Below are positions 7,782 through 18,608 of a DNA stretch of 64,000 nucleotides, piece after piece. The position numbers and the translations under genes are program-made. The stretch is taken from the NCBI GenBank assembly GCA_020343675.1, contig CP070806.1:4750805-4814804 (forward strand), written 5' to 3'. Source of the stretch: Phycisphaerales bacterium. Its GTDB lineage: Bacteria; Planctomycetota; Phycisphaerae; Sedimentisphaerales; Anaerobacaceae. The notes under the pieces were generated by a model, which was given only the letters and a program-made list of their open reading frames with translations, ran no database searches and had not been told where the DNA came from. Each line of letters begins with the position of its first letter. Within the stretch, counting starts at the first letter, position 1.

Positions 7782-10148
7782 CTATTGAATCGAGGGGGGC
7801 GATACGACCTGCCCGCTCTGCTGTGCTGATTGGCACTGAGGGTCATAGACTCCATAAAAGGGAGCGTTGCCATCCAGCCAGATATGCAGTCTCTGGCTGT
7901 CCTCTTGCGGCAGGTCAACGTGTTCTTTGTGTATGCGGTCCTCCATGACGTTCAGCAGATGGCTCTGGTCGGCGCCGATGTGTCCGGGCCTGGTGACAAC
8001 CTCCTCGATGGTGTTGCCTCCCCACTCATACCATCGAACGTACTCCCTGAGGCTCTCGTATGATTGGCTGAACGTTCCGGAGGGCTCGCCCGTCAGCAGC
8101 AGTCGGCTTTTAAGGCTCTTCCCGAGCGCCGTTGAAGGATCGCCTGTTTGACCATCATGGCAGCGTACGCAATGCCTGTCCAGAACGGGCTGAACCAGCC
8201 GGGGATAGCTGAAAGGGCGCGTCCCATCCGGACCGGGCTCGATTTTGGAAGGCGGCCGCTTCAGGGCCAGCGGATTCCGGCGATTCTCCGGCGCCGTCCC
8301 GCGCGGCTCATGGCAGCCAAGGCAACTGCGCCGCTCACCCGGTTGCAGGTAGGTGGCGCTTCGCATGGTTTGAACGGCCCGGCCCGTTTCGTCGACGGCC
8401 TGGAAGTACAGCGGCTTACGGGCCGGAGCGCTGAAATAGGCCGAGCCGTCAGACTCGACCGGGACGGTACCGAGCATCATGCGGGCGCTTTCGGCGTTGG
8501 CATAGCCCAACCGCGGCTTGTTGGCAACGTGCGTGGTTGTCTTGGGCAGCACCTGAAAGACCCTGAGCCGGCAGATTTTTCGAGAGACCGGCATTGGGAA
8601 AAGGCTTCTGTTCACGTCGCTCAGGACAAACTCACCCTCGTCTTCGAGATTCGTACCCGGCACTGAGGGAATGGATCGAGGTGTGGGCCTGCCGGCCAAA
8701 GGAATCGGGTACATACTGGAGAACTCCGGGTCTCGATAGAGCAGCTCCAGATTGCCAAAACGGTCGAAATAGTAGAGTCCCGTATATGTGTCCTTCTCGA
8801 CGTCGGGTCCCATCCCGGGCAGCGGCTCAAAACTGAAGGCGACGAGGAAATAATCTTCCGAAAGAGGCCAGGGGCTGTGGAAATAGCTGGCCGGCCAGCC
8901 CGGGGCTTCGGGAAAACAGACCTCGGGCGTCAGCACCTCGATCGCGTCGAACCGGTCCTGGCCCGTCTGAGCGTCCAGCTCTTCACGGGCCGGATCGAAG
9001 ACGACAAGCGAGCCGCCTACATTGGCATGATGCGCGCCGGCGATAAAGACAATGCGATTGGAACCCGGGATGCTGCGAGGTTGATAGCACGCATTGATGC
9101 GCTGCGTATAGTTGCCGAAAAGGACGCTCGGATTTGTCCCGTCCGGGTTGCTGACCCACAGTCCGTGGTAGTTCGCGGCAGAACGATCCACATAGTCCCA
9201 GCGGCAGTACACGATACGCCCGTCCGTGAGCATGGAGGGATGCCACTCATTTGTTTCGTGAAACGAAAGGGTCTGCACGGTGCCTCTCTCCGCGTCCAAG
9301 CGGTGCAGCGTGTAGCTGGGCAAAGGTTCCCAGGGATTGTGGCACCGCCCAAAACCTCCCCGGCGGGTGGACATAAAGGCAATGCCGCCGTCGGGCAGAG
9401 GACAGGGATCGAAATCGTCGTAGGGCCCGTCCGTGAGCCGGCGAATGTTGCCGCCGTCTGCGTCCATAGCGTAGATGTGAAAACATCGCCGGTCCGGGGA
9501 GTAATAGTCCGGCTTCTCGGCGGCGCGCTCAGCAAAAGCGAAGTAGATGGTCCGGGCGTCGTAGGATAAAGCAAGGGTCGTATAGTTGCCGCGAGGCAGC
9601 CGGCCTTTGATCAGGTCGCGCACTTGCGCAGACCGGCCCGGTTGTTCGAGCACGTAAATGCCCCCGCCCTCTATGTCACCATAGTCGTAGAAGTACCCGA
9701 GGTATTCGTGGAGCATCTGGCAGATAAAGCGGCGGCGCTTCATGAACACCACAGGCTTTGAAGCGACGAGCGGATTCTTCATCGCCATGTCTCGGGTCAC
9801 TGAACGAATCTTCTGATACAGGTGGAGTCTCGTTTCTCTGTCCAGCGAGTTGACTGTATTGACTTGGCTCTGCAGACCCTCAAGGGCTACCGCATCGGGA
9901 ATGACTTGTGACCCTTGAGGCATTCTGCGAAGAGCCTCGCAAAGCCTCTGCGCCCGCTGATAGGCATCGCGCACGGCGGCGACACTGTCGGCCGTCCGAT
10001 TTTTTCTTCTCTCCTGGGCGGCCCAGTCCGCTTCCACCATGGCCCGGAACGTGTCCTCGCCGAGCGTGCTTTGCCGGGCCTGCCCGGACGAATTGTGCCA
10101 GAGCAGTGTTGATAAAACCAGGATGACCAAATACTCCGGCGCCTTCAT
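7782..10148 (-). CDS. Secreted HzsA-related beta-propeller protein with two C-terminal CxxCH motifs
   Basis: 788-aa ORF with an N-terminal signal-like hydrophobic segment. The central region looks PD40/TolB-like (DADGGNIRRLTDGP, NPDGTNPSVLF). The C-terminus carries CLGCHEP and CVRCHDG. Its start overlaps the upstream gene's stop (TAATG at 10146-10150). Confidence 0.55.
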   Translation of the reverse strand: MKAPEYLVILVLSTLLWHNSSGQARQSTLGEDTFRAMVEADWAAQERRKNRTADSVAAVRDAYQRAQRLCEALRRMPQGSQVIPDAVALEGLQSQVNTVNSLDRETRLHLYQKIRSVTRDMAMKNPLVASKPVVFMKRRRFICQMLHEYLGYFYDYGDIEGGGIYVLEQPGRSAQVRDLIKGRLPRGNYTTLALSYDARTIYFAFAERAAEKPDYYSPDRRCFHIYAMDADGGNIRRLTDGPYDDFDPCPLPDGGIAFMSTRRGGFGRCHNPWEPLPSYTLHRLDAERGTVQTLSFHETNEWHPSMLTDGRIVYCRWDYVDRSAANYHGLWVSNPDGTNPSVLFGNYTQRINACYQPRSIPGSNRIVFIAGAHHANVGGSLVVFDPAREELDAQTGQDRFDAIEVLTPEVCFPEAPGWPASYFHSPWPLSEDYFLVAFSFEPLPGMGPDVEKDTYTGLYYFDRFGNLELLYRDPEFSSMYPIPLAGRPTPRSIPSVPGTNLEDEGEFVLSDVNRSLFPMPVSRKICRLRVFQVLPKTTTHVANKPRLGYANAESARMMLGTVPVESDGSAYFSAPARKPLYFQAVDETGRAVQTMRSATYLQPGERRSCLGCHEPRGTAPENRRNPLALKRPPSKIEPGPDGTRPFSYPRLVQPVLDRHCVRCHDGQTGDPSTALGKSLKSRLLLTGEPSGTFSQSYESLREYVRWYEWGGNTIEEVVTRPGHIGADQSHLLNVMEDRIHKEHVDLPQEDSQRLHIWLDGNAPFYGVYDPQCQSAQQSGQVVSPPSIQ

Positions 10149-13100
10149 TAAGAACGTCCCTTCTTTCTTCCGAGCGCATGGCGCATCATTGCTTCATAGA
10201 GGGTGAGCTGGATGTCGAGTATCTGCCGGGCATCGACGCGGCACGCTCTCTCGCCTGTGAGGCCGTGCGGACACTCGAAGGTGAACGATACGGCGCCGCT
10301 GGTATGGTACATCGCACTGGTCAGATTGAACGGCGCCGGTTTCGGGCCGCCTTCGGGTGCGACAGAGAAGGGTTTTTGAGAGGGGAGGCCGCGCTCGGCC
10401 AACAGTGCATAACTGCTCTGGGCCAACGAACGCACCTCTTGCTGGATTTCCTGGGTGAGATAAGCCGGCCGCAACAGCGCCGGAGCGGATTCATGACTAT
10501 GAAGCGATACCGCAAGGTCGGGTCCTTCGTCTCGGGCGACCTTCAGAATTGCAGGGCCCTCAGGGCCCATCGGAGCGAAGAACTCGTCGTGCATGGGATT
10601 GACGCCCTCGTCGTTGAAGTAGCAGCCTAAGAAGCCGACGGTCTCGCCCGCCATCGGATGCTGGCGTTTGGATTCCGGCCAGCCGCAGAACGTGTCGTCA
10701 CTCCACGTGCCCTGACCCCAGAACCGCAGGTCGTCCGCTTCCATTCCGAACAGCGCGCGCGGCTCGAAACGCGCGATGCCGTCAGGATTACCCGCCGGGA
10801 TAATCAGCAGGCGGCATTGCCGGCCCAATGCGTGCAGTACGGTTTGGTTTCTGCCGGCCAGGTCGTGCCCCGTTTCCATAATGTTGATCAGGTTGACCAG
10901 ACCGGTCAGGCCCTCAACCTCTGCGCCGTGTACGGGACCGACAAAGAGGATAACCGGCTTGCTGCGAGCGGCCTTGTCCATGTAAGCGGCCGGCTCCCGC
11001 CCGCCGATGGCGGAGTTGAAGTTGGCTTGATGCCGGACCTGCTCGCGCCGACCAAATGCAACAAGCTGCATCGGCCGGCCTCCGGGTGATTGGGTGATGG
11101 TCGAAACCTCCGCCTTTTTGAGGCTGGAAAGACGCTGGCTGAGGCGCTCCATGTCTCCGATCCAGAACTCGGGCAGCTCGCGTTTCGGGATTCTTCGCCT
11201 GGCGGACTCGTGGGTCATGCTCGCGTAGGGCTTGGCCTTTATGCCGACCTGAGGTTGGACACCGCTCGCCAGAGCAGTGTTAATATTCCTCGGGCCTCCC
11301 ATGCGTTTGATGTGTCCTCCCAGTTTGCCGGTTGTATTGAACACAACTTCCCACGTCCCGCTGTGTGTGGTCAGGCGGACTCCGCACATTCGGTCGGCCT
11401 GGAGCAATGATGCCTGATCCATGGCATTGAGCTTTTGGTCGCCGACCTGGATAACGTGAAGAAATACATCCTGTTTACGTTGCGTACGTGGTGTGACTTC
11501 GATGCGCCATTGTCCCATCAAAGCCAGGCTGTCCGGCTTGAGACCTTTGGAGACGATGTCCCAATTCTGTCCAGCCGCCCAAAATTCCTTGCCGGGCCCG
11601 CCTACTGGCGTGAGAACCGCGTCGTCCGGCAGCAATGTCCGGCAGAACATCCGACCTTTCCCGTGGTCGGCACGAATCGTCCGACTGGAAATTGTGGGTT
11701 CGTAGGCCGTGTGAAGCAGCCAGTCCTTGCGATACGAAGCATCGGTTGTTTCCACGCGGTCAAAGATGATGAAATGATTCGGCATCAGAAAAAGCATCTG
11801 GCGTGTCACTAAGTTGCACTTTTCGCCCAGATCGGGTTGCCCCTTGACAGACCCATGCTGATAACACGCCGTTGCATCGCCGGCAACATAAACATAGTCA
11901 GGGTTTGTCTCGAAAGCTTCGACTACAGAGCCGAGCTGCTTGTGCTGGCCCCCATGATTGTCGAGAACGTTACCGCCCCAGTAAGGCGCCGGGGGCTCGC
12001 CCGGCTGGTGGATCACGACGCAGTTGTGGGCCACGGTCTGGGCGTAGTAGTTTGCAAGGTGCTGGCCGTTCTCAAATTCCTCGTAGCGCGTGCCTGAATC
12101 AAGAGCCAGAAAACCTCGATGATAAACCACGAAGTTCAACGCATCATAATGGCGATGCTGGGTCAGAATCCCGCCACACGAGAAAAGACAATATGTATCG
12201 TTCTTACCCATGCCCGATCGCATAAAAATTTGCCCCATTGTCTCGAAGTGCCTCGCGTGCGGGAGGTTCTCCGGGAAAAAAGGTCCCGGCGAGTTGTCCA
12301 TCCGTGACAGAAGAAATGGATAAATGAACCATGTGCTGGAGTAGGATTGACGTGGCTGGATTTGCTGCACGTGCCGGGCCAGAGCGGCGGCTTTCGGTGC
12401 AGCCTCGCTATACAGATGCCGGATGTTGGCCATGTGCGTATAGAGTTGTCCCGTAGGCAGCGTGTTGCTCGTATGAGGTCTGTCACCATATCCGAATTCC
12501 CGAGGGGCCGGGTCGGCCGCTATCCAGTTCCAGATGATGTAGTTGGTCAGCATCGCGCCGGCTGGCCAGTCCCAGGCGATGTTTTCACCCGTGCTGGAGA
12601 GCCACGTGGAGAAGAAATTCTGCTCGGCCCACGGATAAGCGCCGAAAACGTATCCGAGCGTGGCTGAAGCGCCGCCGCCGTCGTCTCCGCAAGCCTTCTT
12701 GCGGTGTTCGAGCATCTTGACGTTTTCATCGCGGCCCCACACGAGCCACTCATTAACCCGCTCAGGCTCGATTCCCGTCCCGAAGGCTGTGCAGCCGATA
12801 AACCACAGGCAGTTCCGCACGCCGTAGAAACCGGTCGAGTAGCCCGACATATTTTCACGGTAGATGCTCGGCCTGGCCTTGAGGACGTTATCAATGACCC
12901 GGACAAGGCGAGACATATATTCTCCTCGTTCGCCGACCGACAGGTCGTTGTACAGCCAGTCCCAGGCCAGGGTGGCATGAACGCGCGAGGTTGAGTACCA
13001 GTTGACCGATTTGGCCTGCTCGAAACAGGTTTCATAGTAGCTCAGGCTTGCCTCAAGGCATTTCTTCGCAAGTTCCAGATATTTCGTATCCTGCGTGACG

Positions 13101-13432
13101 CGAAAGACAAAAGCCGCCCAGGCCGCCTGAGGGCCGAGTTCCCGGGGTTCGGTGCTCTCGCCCTGTTCGGACATAAGCTGATCGACACGTCTCTTGAAGT
13201 TCAGGTACCACGAGCGTTCCGCACCAAGTGCTCGGTGCCTGACGGCGGGCCACGTCTCGGCGTTGAAGAAAAGCCGTGGGTGGTCGCTGCGAATCTTCCC
13301 GGTCCAGTCCGGTCCGGCAGAAGTGGCGAGTTGGGCAGATGCGGCCGCCGAGGCCACTATGTTCGATTGATCTGCTCGCGATGCCGCGAGAACAAGGCAC
13401 GAGATGACCAAAACAGAGATGTGTTTACTCAT
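10148..13432 (-). CDS. Secreted fusion protein: heparinase II/III-like lyase domain plus M14 zinc-carboxypeptidase-like domain
   Basis: 1094-aa ORF with a signal peptide (MSKHISVLVISCLVLAAS). The heparinase II/III-type motif HRHYDALNFVVYHRGFLALDSG is mid-protein. The C-terminal third carries the M14 triad pattern HxxE (VHGAEVEG), NPDG and a distal His (SLHSHE). Confidence 0.6.
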   Translation of the reverse strand: MSKHISVLVISCLVLAASRADQSNIVASAAASAQLATSAGPDWTGKIRSDHPRLFFNAETWPAVRHRALGAERSWYLNFKRRVDQLMSEQGESTEPRELGPQAAWAAFVFRVTQDTKYLELAKKCLEASLSYYETCFEQAKSVNWYSTSRVHATLAWDWLYNDLSVGERGEYMSRLVRVIDNVLKARPSIYRENMSGYSTGFYGVRNCLWFIGCTAFGTGIEPERVNEWLVWGRDENVKMLEHRKKACGDDGGGASATLGYVFGAYPWAEQNFFSTWLSSTGENIAWDWPAGAMLTNYIIWNWIAADPAPREFGYGDRPHTSNTLPTGQLYTHMANIRHLYSEAAPKAAALARHVQQIQPRQSYSSTWFIYPFLLSRMDNSPGPFFPENLPHARHFETMGQIFMRSGMGKNDTYCLFSCGGILTQHRHYDALNFVVYHRGFLALDSGTRYEEFENGQHLANYYAQTVAHNCVVIHQPGEPPAPYWGGNVLDNHGGQHKQLGSVVEAFETNPDYVYVAGDATACYQHGSVKGQPDLGEKCNLVTRQMLFLMPNHFIIFDRVETTDASYRKDWLLHTAYEPTISSRTIRADHGKGRMFCRTLLPDDAVLTPVGGPGKEFWAAGQNWDIVSKGLKPDSLALMGQWRIEVTPRTQRKQDVFLHVIQVGDQKLNAMDQASLLQADRMCGVRLTTHSGTWEVVFNTTGKLGGHIKRMGGPRNINTALASGVQPQVGIKAKPYASMTHESARRRIPKRELPEFWIGDMERLSQRLSSLKKAEVSTITQSPGGRPMQLVAFGRREQVRHQANFNSAIGGREPAAYMDKAARSKPVILFVGPVHGAEVEGLTGLVNLINIMETGHDLAGRNQTVLHALGRQCRLLIIPAGNPDGIARFEPRALFGMEADDLRFWGQGTWSDDTFCGWPESKRQHPMAGETVGFLGCYFNDEGVNPMHDEFFAPMGPEGPAILKVARDEGPDLAVSLHSHESAPALLRPAYLTQEIQQEVRSLAQSSYALLAERGLPSQKPFSVAPEGGPKPAPFNLTSAMYHTSGAVSFTFECPHGLTGERACRVDARQILDIQLTLYEAMMRHALGRKKGRS

Positions 13433-13447
13433 GGCTTGACCTTAATT

Positions 13448-14380
13448 TCAACGTCCAAAGAATGGAAAGAGCTGTTTCAGCTTTTCAGTCGAGGCCCGGC
13501 TGCCATATTCACAAAGTTCAAACGCCTCGGCATACCGGACCTTCTTGCCCTTTTCCTGGCCGTAAAGCTCGATCAGTTTGGACCTGTACCGATTGGCCAC
13601 CGACTCGGCCCGGCGGGCAAAGCGTTCATTCACCTGCTTGCGGCGAGCCTTTCGCGCTGCAGACTCTTTCGGAACGGGGACGACTCGCTCGAAGTTGCCC
13701 GTGGCCCAGAGGCTTTCGATTTGAGATTCCAGCGGCCAGAGGGCATTGGCTTTCTGTTCAATCACCTCGTCGATGGCAACCACCATGTCCGGCTCAAATG
13801 GATTGGGTTTTTGAAATCTGTCCGAAAGATACAGAAACACCGGATTGCTCGCGAGTTGTGGCACATCCGGACAAAAGAAAGTGACGGTCACCATATACGC
13901 GGCATCCTGCATCAGGATGCCGGTATAACGATGGTCCGGGTGATAATCGTTCGGACGATGTCCCATCACGACGTCAGCTTTCCATTGGCGAATCAGACGC
14001 ACAAACGTCTTGCGGTTCTCCAGCGTGGGCATGAGCTCTCCATCGTGAATGTCCAGCACCTCTGTCTCGATGCCCAACACTTTCGCCGCCTCTTTGACCT
14101 CGGCGGTACGTCGCTTGGCCAGCTCTCCGCCGGCCATTTCGGCGTGGCCGATGTCACCGTTCGTGGTGGAGACAAACTTGACATGATGTCCCTGGGCGGC
14201 CCACATCGCGGCGGCGCCGCCAGCCTTGATTTCGCAGTCGTCGGGGTGTGCACCGAACACGATGATGCGCAGCTTCCCATCGTCCTGTTCGCTGGCGGCC
14301 TCTGCACCGAATAGAACGGATGCCGGCAGCAATAACGTCAGCGCCAGGCTCGCCAGGCAGAAGATGTCCTTCTTCATCAT
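13448..14380 (-). CDS. PIG-L/LmbE-family deacetylase (secreted)
   Basis: 310-aa ORF with a signal peptide, followed by the family signature VFGAHPDDCEIKAGG. Confidence 0.75.
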   Translation of the reverse strand: MMKKDIFCLASLALTLLLPASVLFGAEAASEQDDGKLRIIVFGAHPDDCEIKAGGAAAMWAAQGHHVKFVSTTNGDIGHAEMAGGELAKRRTAEVKEAAKVLGIETEVLDIHDGELMPTLENRKTFVRLIRQWKADVVMGHRPNDYHPDHRYTGILMQDAAYMVTVTFFCPDVPQLASNPVFLYLSDRFQKPNPFEPDMVVAIDEVIEQKANALWPLESQIESLWATGNFERVVPVPKESAARKARRKQVNERFARRAESVANRYRSKLIELYGQEKGKKVRYAEAFELCEYGSRASTEKLKQLFPFFGR

Positions 14381-14471
14381 TGATCTCCTAACATGAAATG
14401 CCAGTAGACAAACCGGCCTTGCACCTGCTCAACAGTGCAAAGCCCACGTTTCGTTCCTGGATACCGGATCC

Positions 14472-16265
<1,794 letters not shown>

Positions 16266-16435
16266 GTCTGTTGCTCCTCTTAAGGTTCAGCCTGGTCCCA
16301 AGGGCTAAGCGTTCAGACATCATCATAAGTTGCGTTGCAACGCCATTCAACTGCTTTTTTGTTACGGCCGGCGCTGTTTGACACAGTCATCTCAACCGGC
16401 TACATTTGTGGCCTTGGGTTATCGCGTGGATTTGC

Positions 16436-17683
16436 ATGGAAACAGAAGTTTGTATAATCGGAGCCGGCCCGGCGGGCTTGATGGCCGCGATTTTCGCTGC
16501 CGAAGCGGGCGCACGCACGACGGTCGTCGAGGCCAATTCAAGCCCCGGCCGAAAGCTGCTCTTAACCGGAGCGGGGCGGTGCAACCTCACGCACGAGGCC
16601 GCGCCGCAAGAGCTTGTCCGCGCATTCGGGGCAAAGGGAAGATTCCTCAGCTACTCGCTGTATCAGTTTTCGCCGCAGGCTGTGCAGGATTTCTTTGCCC
16701 GGCTGGGACTGGGCATGAAGCTCGAAAAAGATGGCTGCGTATTCTCCGCCGCGGGTCGTGCCAGTGACGTCAGGGACGCCCTTGTGGACCGGGCGAGAAG
16801 TCTCGGCGTGACGCTTCTATATGGAAGGCGCGTCGGCGTCGTCGCCAGAGAAGCAGGTTCTTTTGTCGTCGGCGCCGGGCAAGGGCAAATTCGAGCCGAC
16901 AAGCTGATTGTTGCAACCGGCGGGCTTTCATGGCCCCAAACCGGCTGCACAGGTGACGGCTACCGCTTTGCCCGGCAATTCGGGCACACCATCGTCGAGA
17001 CAAAAGCGTCACTGGTTCCGGTTGTGACCCGTGAAGATTGGCCCGGGCAACTCGCCGGGACTGCTGTGCAGGAGGCCAAAATATCAACACACATCAATAA
17101 CAGAAAGCTAACCACGGCCGGAGCGATAATCTTCACCGACGACGGCATCGGCGGCCCCGCGGTCCTGGATATGAGCTGGTATCTGACCGATCATCTGCCT
17201 GCGGCGCAGACGCCCATCGGCCTCACGCTGGACCTGGCGCCGTACATCGAACAAGTGCAGCTTGAAGCGCAAATGACCGAGCGCATGGCAGGGAATGCAA
17301 AAAAGAAGATGCGGAACGTATTGGCCGAATTCGTGCCGAAGCGCCTCTCGGTTCTGCTGTGCGGGCAGGCGAGCTGCGATGATGCGCTGCCGGCAGGCCA
17401 GATCAAAAAGGATGCTCGAAAGCGACTCATTCGACTGATCAAGGCGCTGCCCCTGTCCATTGTGCGTACCAGACCGATCTCCGAAGCGACGGTCACGCGC
17501 GGCGGAGTCAGCGTCAGCGAGATCGAGCCCAAGACAATGGAATCAAAGATTTGTCCCGGCTTGTTCTTCGCTGGCGAAGTGCTGGATATCGACGGCCCCT
17601 GCGGCGGCTACAACCTCCAGGCCTGCTGGTCCACCGCCGCCCTGGCCGGCTCCCCTGGCGCCCAAGACCCGCACACTGTCTAA
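16436..17683 (+). CDS. HI0933/BaiN-like FAD-dependent flavoprotein
   Basis: Dinucleotide-binding motif VCIIGAGPAGLMAAIFAAEAG at the N-terminus, and length and layout typical of the family. I preferred the ATG at 16436 (METEV...) over the track start at 16406. Confidence 0.7.
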   Translation: METEVCIIGAGPAGLMAAIFAAEAGARTTVVEANSSPGRKLLLTGAGRCNLTHEAAPQELVRAFGAKGRFLSYSLYQFSPQAVQDFFARLGLGMKLEKDGCVFSAAGRASDVRDALVDRARSLGVTLLYGRRVGVVAREAGSFVVGAGQGQIRADKLIVATGGLSWPQTGCTGDGYRFARQFGHTIVETKASLVPVVTREDWPGQLAGTAVQEAKISTHINNRKLTTAGAIIFTDDGIGGPAVLDMSWYLTDHLPAAQTPIGLTLDLAPYIEQVQLEAQMTERMAGNAKKKMRNVLAEFVPKRLSVLLCGQASCDDALPAGQIKKDARKRLIRLIKALPLSIVRTRPISEATVTRGGVSVSEIEPKTMESKICPGLFFAGEVLDIDGPCGGYNLQACWSTAALAGSPGAQDPHTV

Positions 17684-17763
17684 GACGAAGCCGTCAAAAT
17701 CCCCAGCAATTCGTCAAGAGCCATCTGGTGAAACTCGAAACGCGGCGAAATCGCGATTCTCTT

Positions 17764-18576
17764 TCACTGCTTTCGATAGTAGCCCATGGCTTCGGGGAGC
17801 AGGTCTTTGATGTTTTGGATTCGGGTTTCGCCGGTGGGGTGGGTGCTGAGGATCTCCGGTGGCCGGGTGCCTTTGTCTGCCGCGGCCATTCTCTGCCAGA
17901 AAGTCACGGCTTCCTCTGGGTTGTAGCCGGCCATCGCCATGAACACCAGCCCCAGATGGTCCGCCTCCTTTTCGTGGACCCGGCTGTAGGGCAGCAGCAC
18001 GCCGACCTGCGTTCCGATGCCGTAGGACTGCATAAAGAGGTTCTGGGTCTGCTCAGGGTACTCGTCCATCGCTGTCGAGAGCGCAATGCCTCCCATCTGC
18101 ACCAGCAGGCCCTGGGTCATCCGTTCGGCCCCGTGCTTGGCGAAGGCATGGGCGACCTCGTGACCCACGACCACGGCCAGGCCGGCCTCACTCTGCGCGA
18201 CGGGCAGCAGACCCGTATAAACCACAACTTTGCCGCCGGGCATGCACCAGGCGTTGACGTTGGGGTCCTCAATGAGGTTGAACTCCCATTTGTAGTTTGC
18301 CAATCGGCTCTCGATGTAGTTTTCCTGGCAATACTGCTCGACGGCCTTTTGGATTCTGCCGCCGACGCGTTTGACCATTTCGGTCTGCTCGGTGTTGGCG
18401 CTGAGCTTATGTGCCGAGAGGAATTCGCCGTAGGATTGAAAGCTCATGGAGTTCATCACCGAATCGGGGACCACATTGAATTGCTGCCTGCCCGTGATTT
18501 CCACTTCCGAGCAGCCCGCGAACAATGGCAGGAATCCGGATAGAACAACCAGTTTTAGCTTCAGAGCATTTCTCAT
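17764..18576 (-). CDS. M48-family zinc metallopeptidase lipoprotein
   Basis: 270-aa ORF with a lipobox (LFAGC) and the HExxH motif in VVGHEVAHAFAKHG. Confidence 0.75.
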   Translation of the reverse strand: MRNALKLKLVVLSGFLPLFAGCSEVEITGRQQFNVVPDSVMNSMSFQSYGEFLSAHKLSANTEQTEMVKRVGGRIQKAVEQYCQENYIESRLANYKWEFNLIEDPNVNAWCMPGGKVVVYTGLLPVAQSEAGLAVVVGHEVAHAFAKHGAERMTQGLLVQMGGIALSTAMDEYPEQTQNLFMQSYGIGTQVGVLLPYSRVHEKEADHLGLVFMAMAGYNPEEAVTFWQRMAAADKGTRPPEILSTHPTGETRIQNIKDLLPEAMGYYRKQ

Positions 18577-18608
18577 AGTCTTGCCCTTTCTCTATAGATT
18601 CACTTCAT

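Noticed and set aside
7782-10148. Anammox hydrazine synthase function for the HzsA-like protein.
   Set aside because: No hzsB/hzsC, hydrazine dehydrogenase or other anammox genes are present. The context is carbohydrate degradation. Only the domain architecture is similar.
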